IMG/VR virus record: IMGVR_UViG_3300020414_001890
Coordinates: 1 to 45,493 of that record
Length of the DNA stretch: 45,493 nt
From: a virus
Lineage: Duplodnaviria > Caudoviricetes
Direction: 5' to 3' (one strand)
The notes under the pieces are model-generated. The model did no database searches. It saw only the letters and a list, made by a program, of their open reading frames with translations, and had not been told where the DNA came from. Of the stretch, positions 1 to 10,525 are shown piece after piece. Each line of letters opens with the position of its first letter. Positions within the stretch are counted from its first letter, which is position 1. The position numbers and the translations under genes are program-made.

Positions 1-1100
1 CCGTTGCTGTCAACATCGAAATCTTCCTGTGCAAAACTAGCCAGTCCCTTCTGTTCCGTTGCTTCAGCCGCGAGGTAGCGCCAACCTCCAGAATCGCCGC
101 TGGAATGAGTAGGAGCGCCAGCACCAGCATTAATTGATGTAAGTGCTTGATAAACCTTCGATGCGTTTTGGATAATGTCATATCTGACATAAGCAGTCCC
201 TGCAGCATAGTTAGCATACTTACTACCCTCAGTAGCAGTAGCAATAGGCACATTTGTTGCACTTGTTAAACGACCATATTGGTCAACTGTAAATTTCGTA
301 GCGTTTACAGTTTGTGTGCCGAAAGGCTCATTATTACCGCCTACCGTTGCAATTGATGTTAGTGACTCAGTATTGTAGTCACCAGGGACAACAGTAGTAT
401 CAATTAGATCAAGTGCGGGATTGCCACTAATACCATTACCATTAGAAACACTGATTCTACCAGCACTACCAGTGATTGCCCTGGTGGTCATATTACCAGG
501 ACTAGTTCTGATAATAATTCCGTTTGTAGTAAGATCTGTAATTGCCTGCAGATCTAGATTATATGCTTGTGCGTCTTCACCAACTGTAGTTCCATTCAAC
601 CCATATTCCGCAAGGGTCATGTTGGAAAGTGCTACAGCCTGCTTAACCCTACCGTTAGCATCTACTGTAACTTTAGTGTAAGTTCCTGAAGAAGTTTGCG
701 TGCCATCATAGTGCAGCAAGTCAGGCATAATTTTGAGATTGGTTTGAATCTCAACGTTATCGCCACCATCAAATAGTGTAAAACCTTCTACGTCTCTAGA
801 AAGTAGAATCTGTCTTTGAGAAGCAAGTCTCGAAGTGGTAGAAGCATTACCAATAAGAGTAGCGGTGATAACACCTGCTTGGAAGTTGCCATCAGCATCC
901 CGTTTAACAAGAGTATTTGCTGTGTTTGAGATTGCTTCAAGAGGTCTCTCATATCTCAGTGTATTCCACGCGGAAACACCGTCACCGATTTTGATACGTC
1001 CCGTATCCAGCTCGATCCCTAATTCGCCTTGAGCAAGTGTGGGGTTTGCGTTTGCCCATTCCTGAGCGCCACCTCTTCTTAGTTGAATTCTATTTGCCAT
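1..1100 (-). CDS. Tail fibre protein, 5' part (runs off the left edge); not in the ORF track
   Basis: ATG at 1100 gives MANRIQLRRGGAQEWANANPTLAQGELGIELDTGRIKIGDGVSAWNTLRY, an Mtd-N/hyaluronate-lyase-type fibre N-terminus. It is followed by fibre repeats (GTYTKVTVDANGRV, TKFTVDQYGRLTSA) and a CBM5/12-like segment (YAAGTAYVRYDIIQNASKVYQAL...GGWRYL). A late promoter lies upstream. Confidence 0.88.
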   Translation of the reverse strand, partial: MANRIQLRRGGAQEWANANPTLAQGELGIELDTGRIKIGDGVSAWNTLRYERPLEAISNTANTLVKRDADGNFQAGVITATLIGNASTTSRLASQRQILLSRDVEGFTLFDGGDNVEIQTNLKIMPDLLHYDGTQTSSGTYTKVTVDANGRVKQAVALSNMTLAEYGLNGTTVGEDAQAYNLDLQAITDLTTNGIIIRTSPGNMTTRAITGSAGRISVSNGNGISGNPALDLIDTTVVPGDYNTESLTSIATVGGNNEPFGTQTVNATKFTVDQYGRLTSATNVPIATATEGSKYANYAAGTAYVRYDIIQNASKVYQALTSINAGAGAPTHSSGDSGGWRYLAAEATEQKGLASFAQEDFDVDSN

Positions 1101-1138
1101 TTTTTACGACAACCCGTACAGATAAAATGCTTCTGAGT

Positions 1139-1145
1139 TATTTAT
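1139..1145 (-). promoter_or_regulatory. T4-type late promoter (ATAAATA) for the fibre gene
   Basis: The + strand tatttat reads ATAAATA on the - strand. It is intergenic, about 40 nt upstream of the ATG at 1100 and just downstream of a terminator. Confidence 0.8.
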
Positions 1146-1151
1146 GCCATT

Positions 1152-1176
1152 AAAAAAGGGGACTTGCGCCCCCTTT
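1152..1176 (-). terminator. Rho-independent terminator
   Basis: The - strand reads AAAGGGGGC-GCAA-GTCCCCTTTTTT: a GC stem, a GNRA tetraloop and a U6 tract, directly after the stop of 1179..1388. Confidence 0.88.
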
Positions 1177-1178
1177 GA

Positions 1179-1388
1179 TCATTCTGCGTCTTCTTCATCT
1201 GGAGGAGCGGACATAGTTTGCTCCTCCGAATAATATTCAAGAGTTTCAATCGCACCCTGAAGTTTCAAGGCAGTGATTTCATTCTCTTTAATTTTTTCTG
1301 CAAGTTTTTTATTCTCTTCTACAACTGCAGCAAAACGCTCTTTAAACTGCCCAAGCATTTCATCTTGGGATACCTTTTCAATCGTCAT
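1179..1388 (-). CDS. Hypothetical small acidic coiled-coil protein (69 aa)
   Basis: Heptad pattern (FKERFAAVVEENKKLAEKIKENEITALKLQGAIETLEY), same strand as the operon, followed by a terminator. Confidence 0.8.
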   Translation of the reverse strand: MTIEKVSQDEMLGQFKERFAAVVEENKKLAEKIKENEITALKLQGAIETLEYYSEEQTMSAPPDEEDAE

Positions 1389-1632
1389 GATGTTTATTTT
1401 GATTTTGGACTAACGTTAGTAAGAGTGACTTGATATCACTCATTTCAGATTTTAACTGAGAAACCTCTTTTTGTAAAGTCTCTTTCTCAGTTTTCGCTTT
1501 TTGGCGTCCATTGTAGGATGCCATATATTTATCATATTCGGATTTGTTTCCGTTTACAATAGCATTAGTGGAGGGGTCTCTATACCACCCCTCCTTTCCA
1601 TCAACAGGAATTAGATCTTCAAAGTCATTCAT
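1378..1632 (-). CDS. Small T4-like cyanophage protein with C-terminal coiled coil (84 aa)
   Basis: Motif IPVDGKEGWYRDPSTNAIVN plus coiled coil EVSQLKSEMSDIKSLL resembles the small ORF that follows VrlC-like genes in T4-like phages. TAATG overlap with the upstream gene. Confidence 0.85.
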   Translation of the reverse strand: MNDFEDLIPVDGKEGWYRDPSTNAIVNGNKSEYDKYMASYNGRQKAKTEKETLQKEVSQLKSEMSDIKSLLLTLVQNQNKHHDD

Positions 1633-4600
1633 TAGGTTGCGAGAGCAATAGCACGAAGGTCAGCAATTAGTGGGATTCTTGCCTGGTTTGAAGATCTCAT
1701 TACAATCTTGATTTGGAATGCATTGAAATTCAAACCACTTACCTCGTAGTAATAATCTTTCCAAAGAATTTCTTCTGAAGGAGAAGAATCATACTGAAGA
1801 GGTGCTGGCATTAGAGTCCAACCAAGGTCTTCAGGAGTTGCGGTATCACCTGTGTTGAAAGTTCTGTAATACAGTTTCACTTCAGACTGTGGTGGACGAG
1901 ACATCTGGAAGTCTACTCTAATAGATCTAGACTCTCTAATCAATCTCGCCAAACGAGTTACATAAACCGCATCGTTTTGATCACCGAATGGTAATGTAGA
2001 AACATCCTGAGTAGGATCAATATTATTTTGTTGACCATATGGATCGGGTCCACCAGGCCATTCATTAATACGATTAGTTGTTGTAATCAATGAGCATCTG
2101 TCAAGGTCAACAACAGGAGAAAGGGTTGCCTTCTCTGTAGAAAGATCGATCAACATGGTAAGAGACTTACCACCATTCAGTTTGTTTTGCTCGTTAATTT
2201 CAGAGCAAATCATTCTTGGATTATCAAAGAAGTTGAGATCATTCAGAGTGATAGGCGTATATGTGCCATCATTAATGAATGATTGTTGATCAACATTAGC
2301 AGATCCATCACCAATAGATGTAGCACTGGTTGTATTAATTCTTGCAGTAATCTCCGTTTCAGGAAGATTCATTGTAGAAATAGTAGGTGTTAGAGTCTCA
2401 AACTGGACGTTTTGAGTAGCAAATACATTGCTGCCGCCACCTCTGATACCATTGGTTGCTACACCATTGATATGTAGCATATAAGTATCCAACCAAGGAC
2501 AAGAAATACTAGTATGTGTTTTATTAAGATCGATTAGAGGAATGCCATCTAAATTATAACACTCAACAACAGCTCCTGATGTATGAGATACATCATCTGT
2601 GCCATTTGCTCCTCTACCCGAAGTTGCAACTGTGATAGTTTTACCATCAGCAGAGATATCAGAATACTGAATAATCTCATCTCCGATCTTAAGATAACCA
2701 GGATTGACAATACCATATGCAGATCCATTGATAATCTTATGGAATTCGCTAGCATCATCTACAGAAATTGAAGTAGATCCAGCAGATAATGCACTGGTCA
2801 GAGTAGTAGATCCAATCTCAGATACAATACCTTCAACCTTGATATTGTTAGTTCTGTTATGCATACCATGATTTCTATGGTATACCAAAACTTCTCTCTC
2901 ATCATTTCCATAAGAAGGTGTAGCAGATAGATAACCTCCGATTGTATCTCCGCTGTAAGTTGCACTTGCAAAAACGCAAGTTGCACCGCCAGGTTCTTCA
3001 ATCGTTTCACTTGCACTAAACTGACCACTCACATAATTTACAGTGATATCACTTCCATTAATTTCAGTAATAATACCAGTTGCTGCAGATGTTTGACCAG
3101 TAACTGTATCACCAACTTCAAATGTGCCGATGATTGTATTTACGGTAAGGACAGCAATTGCTTGAGAAGATAGGATATTGTATGTGTTTGAGGTGCCTTG
3201 AATCCAAGATCCACTAACATTATCAACGGTGATAATATCAGTAGTTTCATCATATTCAACAACTGTTGCTTGTGCAGTTGTTGTTACCTGAGTTAGTTGT
3301 GCGCCTGCAGTATAAGTTGAGTTGGAAAGACCAGACTGCAACTGAAGTTTTGGTTTGATGGTCAAAATAGGATTGTTAATCATCCTATGAATACCACCAT
3401 TACCTCTACCCTGAGGACTATTATTCAGAGCAACTGTGCCTGTGCTTTCGGTGAAGTTTGCGCGATAAACCGTAAACTTCAAATCTTCATACTGGTCAGC
3501 AGTCCAGGTAGATGCGTTTTGTGACTTGAAGAGCACACCAGCATAAGGTTGCTCAGAGATCGTCCTAGTGCCAGTAACATCAACGTCACCCATTCTAGAG
3601 ATCCAAACCTTATACTCGTTAGAGTCAGATAGAAGCACGAAACAGTATTCAACAGAAGACTTAATGTAAACAGGTGCTCTGAATGTAAACTTGGTTGGGA
3701 TTGCTGCAGTTTCAGAAGTATCTACTTCATCAGGTGTGATGGTAACATCAGAGAAAGGAAGAATAGTCTTTGTGGGATAACCATTTTCCATGGTCCTGAT
3801 CTGCATCGAGATAGGAATATTGGTGTCTTTGGTATTGAAGAAGATCTCAACACCTGTCAAGAATACACCACCTTCCTCTTCAACAATGAAGGACTGTGCA
3901 AGAGGGTCATACCAACCAACCTGTCTCTCTTCAACTCTAGTTGTCTGCACAACTCTTTCTTCACTAACAGTGTCTTGGACAATCTCAGCGTTTCTAACTG
4001 CAAGAATATTTTCTTGGACAACACGAAGTGTGCCGCTTGCAGAGTAAGTTGTCTGTGCAGAAGATTCTACAGTGCCAGGTTGAGAACTATTAGTTTCATT
4101 TGTGGTGAATCTAACGTTTCTTGTGCCTGTTGCCCAACGGGGATTAGCATCATTCTTAGGCGAAGGAATGAAGAATGTGCCTTTCAAAGATCCAACGTTA
4201 TCAGTGAGGAGACGACGATCTCTTACAACTGCTCTAGCACCAGAAGTTTGACCAACTAAAATTTCGCCAACTTGCATGTTACCGAAGAAGTCTGGAGAAA
4301 TATTCTCAGCAATAGCAGTAATATCATGATTTAGATAAGCAGTCTGAGAAGAGTAGGTTGTGGGAAGTGCCTCAGTGCCTGTGCCATAAGGATTAGTTTT
4401 ATATCCATCATCAGGAGCAACAACCTTTATCTGACATCCAGAAGTTTCACCAATTACAGTTTCACCGACAACAAAAGGAGTTTCATTTGTTCTTGCATCT
4501 TCAGCAGAATTTTTTACAAGCTCAATAACTTTTGGTGTAATATAATTTGTAATCGACTTACCATCAAAGAATGCATAGAATTTAGTGCGTGGTTTCATAC

Positions 4601-7600
4601 GAGCAACATTGAAACCAATGTTTCTGGATCTAATCCAAGGCACAGCAGACTGAGATAGGATAGTATCACCTAAAGATTTACGCTCAATCTTGGGCACAAC
4701 TTTGGTGCGAATACCTTGACGTGCCTGGTTATTAACGACTCTAAACTCCTGACGCTCATGCAGGTAGAAAAGACCTTGACGACGTTGACCGTGACCAGCA
4801 CGACCCAACTGACGACCAATACCATATGTGCCAGACTGAGATGTGAATTGACTTGAAGAAGTTAGCGTTTCACCAGTCCAGTTAGTTTGCCAGGATCCCC
4901 ACTGAATAGGAGCAAATCCATTTTGATCAACTCCAAGATCTCTAGAAACGGAGGAGAAGTCACCCTCAACGTTTTCAACACGAGCAGGAAGGCGATCAAT
5001 ATCAATCCAGTCATCAGATGCTGGAGTTAGATCAACACGACCAATGAATGTAAAGACGTTGAATGGGTTTACATTCTCAGTCCTAGATGCATAAGGTTGA
5101 GTGATAATTGCCACATCTTCGTATGGAAGCATGAGGACATTACCCTCAGTCTTTACAATATTAGTAGATGCAGATTCATCAAATTGTAAACCGACATTAG
5201 TTGTGAAATGCTGAGGACGAAGTTGACCCTCTCTAAAGTCTAGAGAGCACTTGTAATCAACACTATTGACATTACCAATAGTATGATCGGTGAAGTCGTC
5301 TACAACATATCCATTTTTAAGACGATCAAAACCATTTTCATCATATGTCTTAGTATTGTCTGCTTGAGACTCAAGCATAGACAAAGATGTATAGTATTCA
5401 ACGTGAGTCAATCTTTGCTCAAGATCGCCAATGTCCTTCATCGTATAACGACGAATAACCTCTTGTTTAATCAAGACATCTCTTTCTGGATCAAATACAT
5501 AAGGTTTGTATTCAAGAGTTGCAAGGAGAAGAGAGTTATCAATGTTTCCAGGTGGAATCAGATACTTACCAGAAACACCCTTAACAACCTTAAGATTGCC
5601 ATCATGGGTTAGATACAACTTATCAATTCTGGGTAGATACCAGGAGTAGTCTGCACGGAAGGACGAATTGACCTGCATGATATCAAAGATTGTCGATCCA
5701 CCAGCAGTATCAAATACTCTAGAAGCAAAATCTAAGGTTGTGCAATTTACAAAGTATGGTGCGCCAATTCCTCCAGATCCAGATACCAATTCCTTAACAC
5801 CAGGACGGAAGTCAATCTGGTCACGAATAAACTTAATAGATCCATCCAGTTTATAGTTGGGAATCTCTTTGAAAAGAATACCGCTATAGGATTCAGCAGC
5901 AAAATAGTCACCAGATGCTTCATGAATAAAGTAATCGAAGATGACAAGCAATCTTCTAGAAGGATCAGTTGTGCCAGGAAGTCTTTGTAACTTAGAGCAG
6001 TCATAGAAATTAGTTCTCTGACCAGCATTCAACTCGTAGTTTTCCGTGATAACTTTACTACCAGCGAAAATAGATCCATCAGCATCATCGATAATACCAG
6101 TGATATCTTCATCGCTAGCATTCAATCCTTCAATTGTTTCACCAGCAACAAATCCAATCTCATTCAGAGAAACATAATATAGTCTTAGGTTGGTGTTTGT
6201 AAATGAAATGACACGACCTCTCGCACCAGAAGTTTTACCAACAATCAATGTGCCAGTTGCAAAGAATGTTGATTCTGTAAGAGTTACATATGGTGGTGAT
6301 GCATCGTTATCATCTAATGATTCGTAAATAGCATGAATCTTATAGACATCATTCAGACCAAAGGAAATTTGTCTATCTTCAACTCTAGTGCCAAAAAGTG
6401 TGCTGTATTGTAGACGCTGCTGAAGAGCAGTATTGTCAGTATTTCTCAGGGTCTTAATAACCTTGAGAGATCTCATCTTAGAAGCAGTCTTAATCTTTTT
6501 AACTACAGTATTTTTAGATACAAGTGCAGTTAGAGTAACTGTAGCAACGCTACCTAGACCACCAATAGAGAAAGATTGATTGTTAGCACCAAAAGATGCT
6601 GTGAGATTACCTGCATCTACCTGGGCATCAACATCAATATTAGATCCATTAGTCCAAGTAGAGTCACCATTATCGTTAACGATGGTAAGAATATAGTTTT
6701 CGGAGTTTAATGCTGCAAAGGATTCCGTTTCAGGAACTGTAAATGTAATAGATCCTGAAGTTACAGTTTTATTTGCAAAGTTTCTGTAAACAAAGAATGA
6801 TTCATCACTAATTGATTTCATTCGATCTTCAGGAAGGTCAAATGACAATTCGCCGTTTTGATAATCTTTCTGGAAAACAAATGGGCGTAGTCTTACCAAC
6901 TCACTGTAATCATCAGTGGTAACTGTGCCTACTGATAGAGCAGTGTCGAGTGCTGCAATTTGATCTGCATAATCAAAGATAACATCTGCATCGGCAACTG
7001 TAGACTTCTTATTGAGGGTTGTAGTTGCAATTGCAGTGGGATCAACTCTCTCAATACGAACTGTATTATTACCTGTATAGTCAGAAATTGTTGGAGTAAC
7101 AACATCTCCAGGTCTCAAATCTTTATCAAATCTAGTGCGGAAACCTGTAAGCTCACTATCACTACCAACGTCAACGTTAATAGTAGAAGATTCAATAGGT
7201 CTTGCATCATTCAGGACAAGATTGCAACCAAATCTAATATTTTGGGTAGCATTACGACCGAAAGCAGATCTAGCATCAGTCAAACTGAAAGTATGTGCTG
7301 CTTCTAGTGTGCCGACATCAATACCATCAACTTGAAGGATTTCTCCATTGATAAACTCACCACTAACTTGCTCAAGATAGACATAGTGAGTATTGTTTCC
7401 AGTATTAGCAATAGTACCGAAAGCACCAGAGGTCTTACCAGCAATTCTGGTATTAGTAGCATATGGAGTTACGGCATTAGCAATGTTTAATACTGTCCAC
7501 ATTTGGACATCAAAGAACCACATATCGTAGATAGGTTCGTCAACATTACCATCAGGTGCAAATGGATTTGTGCCTGCATTAACAGTAGATGCCTCCTGCA

Positions 7601-8951
7601 ACTGAATAAGTCTAGCTCTACCAATAAGGTTAGCACCTGACTTGGGAGTAGAAGTAGCATTTACAGTCCAATCATCATACAATTCAATTGTTTGATATGC
7701 AGATGCAACACCATCACCAGTGATTTCAGGCCAACCATATACATCATAAACTTTCAGGAAGTTGCCTAAGTTAAAGTTGATGATAGAGTTTTGGACTGAA
7801 TCAAAATCTCTGGGTTTATCTACATCAACATATTGAGGAGCAATAAACTCGTTACGGTATCCTCTAATATATGCCTTACCAGGAGAAATTTCAATCGCTA
7901 ACTTTTCTTCTGTAGCAGTATTTCCTTGTCTAGACTTTTCGTTTTTATTGTAGACACCGTTATTGAAACCATCATTAAGATGCTCTCGCATCGTGACGCT
8001 GTAAGTGTCGATAACATAATCGCCACTTTCTTCAAAAGTTCTTCTAGCGAGTGCTTTTTCTAACTCACTATATTCTGTCCTAGTTACAAAGTTTTCAACT
8101 CTACTATTGTTGATCCTGAGTAATTCTAGGAAATCTTTATCTGCTTCATCAGTAATTGTCTTCTTGACAAACTGAGTGCTAATTTTTAAACGGTGAGCGC
8201 CTGGAGCAGCATAGTTTGAAGTGCCTGCTGCATTATCATTGAGAGACTCATCATCTTCTGGAGTAATAATTGATTCAAAAACTTCCAGACCAATACGATA
8301 AGAAGCACTACTAGAATATTGCTCAAGGATAATATAAGATGTAGGGACATCAACAAAGTGTCCTCTAATGAAATAAACACCATCACTAATATATGCAACA
8401 GATCCTACGCCAGTTGCATCAACTGGAAGTAACTGTGCAAATGGAGTGCCAACCTCAATAAGTGTAGATCCAAATGTAATCTCATCATCAGAGATTAACT
8501 GCTCATTGGTTTGGAAAGTTTTTAGAGTTGATTCAGAAGTTGTGTCACCAGAGTCAATATATTTTACATATAGTGTAATATAACCCTTTTCCGAATCTGT
8601 TGCACTTAGAGAGAAAAGGACTTTTGCCTTGATACCTGTTGTTAGTCCCTCAACAATCTTTCCTTCTAGTTGAGTTCTGTAACTCTCAACATCTGTGCCG
8701 AGGAAAGATTCCTGTAACAGCACTGCCTGGACATTTAGATCGTAACCAACTTGACCTGGGATGACCATCGCACCATCCTTGAAGAAGTGCGTGCCAATTG
8801 ACTCTACCTGATTCTGAAGAATCGACTGCATAGTCGTCAATTCACGAGCCTGAATCGGGAATCCAGGACGGAAAAGAACTCTATAGAAGTTTTTATTCTT
8901 ATCGAAATCCTCGTAATAAGGAGTTACGTTGAGGTTAGTATTCTGGGGCAT
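1632..8951 (-). CDS. Large virion structural protein, VrlC-like / DUF4815 family (2439 aa)
   Basis: Characteristic N-terminus MPQNTNLNVTPYYEDFD..FYRVLFRPGFPIQARELTTMQSILQNQ. Internal motifs RRTFEESGDY, YTMKDIGDLEQR, DPLAQSF, GVLFKSQNASTW; C-terminal DLRAIAL. Located after gp8. Confidence 0.92.
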   Translation of the reverse strand: MPQNTNLNVTPYYEDFDKNKNFYRVLFRPGFPIQARELTTMQSILQNQVESIGTHFFKDGAMVIPGQVGYDLNVQAVLLQESFLGTDVESYRTQLEGKIVEGLTTGIKAKVLFSLSATDSEKGYITLYVKYIDSGDTTSESTLKTFQTNEQLISDDEITFGSTLIEVGTPFAQLLPVDATGVGSVAYISDGVYFIRGHFVDVPTSYIILEQYSSSASYRIGLEVFESIITPEDDESLNDNAAGTSNYAAPGAHRLKISTQFVKKTITDEADKDFLELLRINNSRVENFVTRTEYSELEKALARRTFEESGDYVIDTYSVTMREHLNDGFNNGVYNKNEKSRQGNTATEEKLAIEISPGKAYIRGYRNEFIAPQYVDVDKPRDFDSVQNSIINFNLGNFLKVYDVYGWPEITGDGVASAYQTIELYDDWTVNATSTPKSGANLIGRARLIQLQEASTVNAGTNPFAPDGNVDEPIYDMWFFDVQMWTVLNIANAVTPYATNTRIAGKTSGAFGTIANTGNNTHYVYLEQVSGEFINGEILQVDGIDVGTLEAAHTFSLTDARSAFGRNATQNIRFGCNLVLNDARPIESSTINVDVGSDSELTGFRTRFDKDLRPGDVVTPTISDYTGNNTVRIERVDPTAIATTTLNKKSTVADADVIFDYADQIAALDTALSVGTVTTDDYSELVRLRPFVFQKDYQNGELSFDLPEDRMKSISDESFFVYRNFANKTVTSGSITFTVPETESFAALNSENYILTIVNDNGDSTWTNGSNIDVDAQVDAGNLTASFGANNQSFSIGGLGSVATVTLTALVSKNTVVKKIKTASKMRSLKVIKTLRNTDNTALQQRLQYSTLFGTRVEDRQISFGLNDVYKIHAIYESLDDNDASPPYVTLTESTFFATGTLIVGKTSGARGRVISFTNTNLRLYYVSLNEIGFVAGETIEGLNASDEDITGIIDDADGSIFAGSKVITENYELNAGQRTNFYDCSKLQRLPGTTDPSRRLLVIFDYFIHEASGDYFAAESYSGILFKEIPNYKLDGSIKFIRDQIDFRPGVKELVSGSGGIGAPYFVNCTTLDFASRVFDTAGGSTIFDIMQVNSSFRADYSWYLPRIDKLYLTHDGNLKVVKGVSGKYLIPPGNIDNSLLLATLEYKPYVFDPERDVLIKQEVIRRYTMKDIGDLEQRLTHVEYYTSLSMLESQADNTKTYDENGFDRLKNGYVVDDFTDHTIGNVNSVDYKCSLDFREGQLRPQHFTTNVGLQFDESASTNIVKTEGNVLMLPYEDVAIITQPYASRTENVNPFNVFTFIGRVDLTPASDDWIDIDRLPARVENVEGDFSSVSRDLGVDQNGFAPIQWGSWQTNWTGETLTSSSQFTSQSGTYGIGRQLGRAGHGQRRQGLFYLHERQEFRVVNNQARQGIRTKVVPKIERKSLGDTILSQSAVPWIRSRNIGFNVARMKPRTKFYAFFDGKSITNYITPKVIELVKNSAEDARTNETPFVVGETVIGETSGCQIKVVAPDDGYKTNPYGTGTEALPTTYSSQTAYLNHDITAIAENISPDFFGNMQVGEILVGQTSGARAVVRDRRLLTDNVGSLKGTFFIPSPKNDANPRWATGTRNVRFTTNETNSSQPGTVESSAQTTYSASGTLRVVQENILAVRNAEIVQDTVSEERVVQTTRVEERQVGWYDPLAQSFIVEEEGGVFLTGVEIFFNTKDTNIPISMQIRTMENGYPTKTILPFSDVTITPDEVDTSETAAIPTKFTFRAPVYIKSSVEYCFVLLSDSNEYKVWISRMGDVDVTGTRTISEQPYAGVLFKSQNASTWTADQYEDLKFTVYRANFTESTGTVALNNSPQGRGNGGIHRMINNPILTIKPKLQLQSGLSNSTYTAGAQLTQVTTTAQATVVEYDETTDIITVDNVSGSWIQGTSNTYNILSSQAIAVLTVNTIIGTFEVGDTVTGQTSAATGIITEINGSDITVNYVSGQFSASETIEEPGGATCVFASATYSGDTIGGYLSATPSYGNDEREVLVYHRNHGMHNRTNNIKVEGIVSEIGSTTLTSALSAGSTSISVDDASEFHKIINGSAYGIVNPGYLKIGDEIIQYSDISADGKTITVATSGRGANGTDDVSHTSGAVVECYNLDGIPLIDLNKTHTSISCPWLDTYMLHINGVATNGIRGGGSNVFATQNVQFETLTPTISTMNLPETEITARINTTSATSIGDGSANVDQQSFINDGTYTPITLNDLNFFDNPRMICSEINEQNKLNGGKSLTMLIDLSTEKATLSPVVDLDRCSLITTTNRINEWPGGPDPYGQQNNIDPTQDVSTLPFGDQNDAVYVTRLARLIRESRSIRVDFQMSRPPQSEVKLYYRTFNTGDTATPEDLGWTLMPAPLQYDSSPSEEILWKDYYYEVSGLNFNAFQIKIVMRSSNQARIPLIADLRAIALAT

Positions 8952-8952
8952 C

Positions 8953-10485
8953 TTAGAACTCGATTACGATTTTAATGTCTTCTACTTGGTCATTTGCGCG
9001 ACTGATCGCACGTCTATTATCTATATAGACCACCTGTCCTGTGCCTGATTTCAACTCAGGTTTAGCATATCCACTGTTAAATTTCATACCAAGATCATAC
9101 TCAGTATTGTTAATAACTCTAGATGATGTATTAGGAACTGTGGGGAAGTTTACATCTGGTTGACCAGCAGCACCAGAAGTTGCCCCATTAATAATATTCG
9201 ATCCATCAAACTCGTTTAGAGTACCTGTAACTTCAGGGAAAATACCATCAACAGAGTTTTGATAATACTTCAAAACTTTAGTTGTAGGATTCCAAGAAAT
9301 AACACGACCACGAGCAGTAACACTCTGTCCACCAACCGTGCGAGTTTGAGTAATAATCTCGTCAGGAGAATAATTACCTTGGAATGAAGGATTAAAGATA
9401 ACTGCTTTTGTGCCAGAAATGGTCAAGTCAGAAATCAATTCTTCTGTGCCAAACTTTAGAGGATTGGTGATAAGACCAATACGACGATAATCGTTATCGA
9501 TTGGGAAGTCGCCAGCGCCCTCGTCGTAGGACAACTTAGCATTAATCATTACTCGATATGCACCCATCTCAATGATGGGATCGAATCCATGACCATTTGG
9601 GGGAGGAATAATAACGTCAACTTGAGCACTGTTTCCTGTGCCAATACCTGTAATATTGTCAACACTAATTTTACCGAAGGTATAACCCGTGCCACCAGAG
9701 GTTACAGTAGCAGAAATAATTTTACCACCATCTACAACGATAGAAACACGACCACCAGTGCCGTCACCATTAATAGAAACGTTGTCATAGGTGCCATTAT
9801 TATAACCACTACCTGCAGATGTGATAACAACAGTATCAATTTCACCAGTAACAGCGTTTGTTTTTACTGCATCATTGATAAAAACAGGCATGTAGTCTGT
9901 TGAGAAAAATTTCAAAACAGAAGCAACAGGGATGGTGTAAAGATATTTCCAGCGATAACCATCAGAAGTAGAGATAATAGAAGTAGAAGTGCCAGTTGGC
10001 TCAACCGTGGATGGTTTTCCGTTAGGGTCCGAAGGAGACGTGCCATTGTAAATACACTTATAGACCTGATACTGAGAATTCACAACATAAAAGTCGGAAT
10101 CATACAGTTTCGTTGCACCAGAAGACGCAGTTTTTGTGGGAGAATAGTCATGACGATACATGTCATAGGTATAACCCAATCCACCTGTAGTTTGCTCGGG
10201 AGAAACCCAATCAATTCTACGAGCAACCTGAATAGTATCAGATGCCAAAACTCTCTTAAGAGAAATTAAGTCATCATAAGAATTTGAAAACTCTAAGAAA
10301 GAGTCAACCGCTTGAGGTGGTGAGTTTTCATTATCCCATGATTGAGGTCTACCAATGAAGATGTATAGACGATCTCTCGTATCACCAGCATCAGCATCGC
10401 TTTGAGTCGCAATAGGACCCTCAAGCGATTTAATGAATTTTCTGGATGTGAAAATCCTAAATTGATCAGTAAGTAAAGCTGCCAT
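8953..10485 (-). CDS. gp8: Baseplate wedge subunit gp8 (510 aa)
   Basis: Motifs LYIFIGRPQSW, YDMYRHDYS, FYVVNSQYQVYKCIYNG, DGYRWKYLYTI, PPNGHG, C-terminal EDIKIVIEF; synteny within the baseplate module. Confidence 0.93.
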   Translation of the reverse strand: MAALLTDQFRIFTSRKFIKSLEGPIATQSDADAGDTRDRLYIFIGRPQSWDNENSPPQAVDSFLEFSNSYDDLISLKRVLASDTIQVARRIDWVSPEQTTGGLGYTYDMYRHDYSPTKTASSGATKLYDSDFYVVNSQYQVYKCIYNGTSPSDPNGKPSTVEPTGTSTSIISTSDGYRWKYLYTIPVASVLKFFSTDYMPVFINDAVKTNAVTGEIDTVVITSAGSGYNNGTYDNVSINGDGTGGRVSIVVDGGKIISATVTSGGTGYTFGKISVDNITGIGTGNSAQVDVIIPPPNGHGFDPIIEMGAYRVMINAKLSYDEGAGDFPIDNDYRRIGLITNPLKFGTEELISDLTISGTKAVIFNPSFQGNYSPDEIITQTRTVGGQSVTARGRVISWNPTTKVLKYYQNSVDGIFPEVTGTLNEFDGSNIINGATSGAAGQPDVNFPTVPNTSSRVINNTEYDLGMKFNSGYAKPELKSGTGQVVYIDNRRAISRANDQVEDIKIVIEF

Positions 10486-10510
10486 TTCCTAGGTCTCTGG
10501 TCCTCCTGTT

Positions 10511-10517
10511 TATTTAT
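10511..10517 (-). promoter_or_regulatory. T4-type late promoter (ATAAATA) for gp8
   Basis: Intergenic ATAAATA about 25 nt upstream of the gp8 ATG, followed by a GGAGG Shine-Dalgarno-like sequence. Confidence 0.8.
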
Positions 10518-10525
10518 GTTGTTTA

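Noticed and set aside
1-1100. Diversity-generating retroelement suggested by the Mtd-like N-terminus
   Set aside because: The N-terminal anchor is common in fibres. No reverse transcriptase, Avd or template/variable repeat pair is visible in the window.
1526-1532. ATAAATA late-promoter-like sequence inside the 84-aa ORF
   Set aside because: It is intragenic and about 140 nt from the next start; an AT-rich 7-mer is expected several times by chance.
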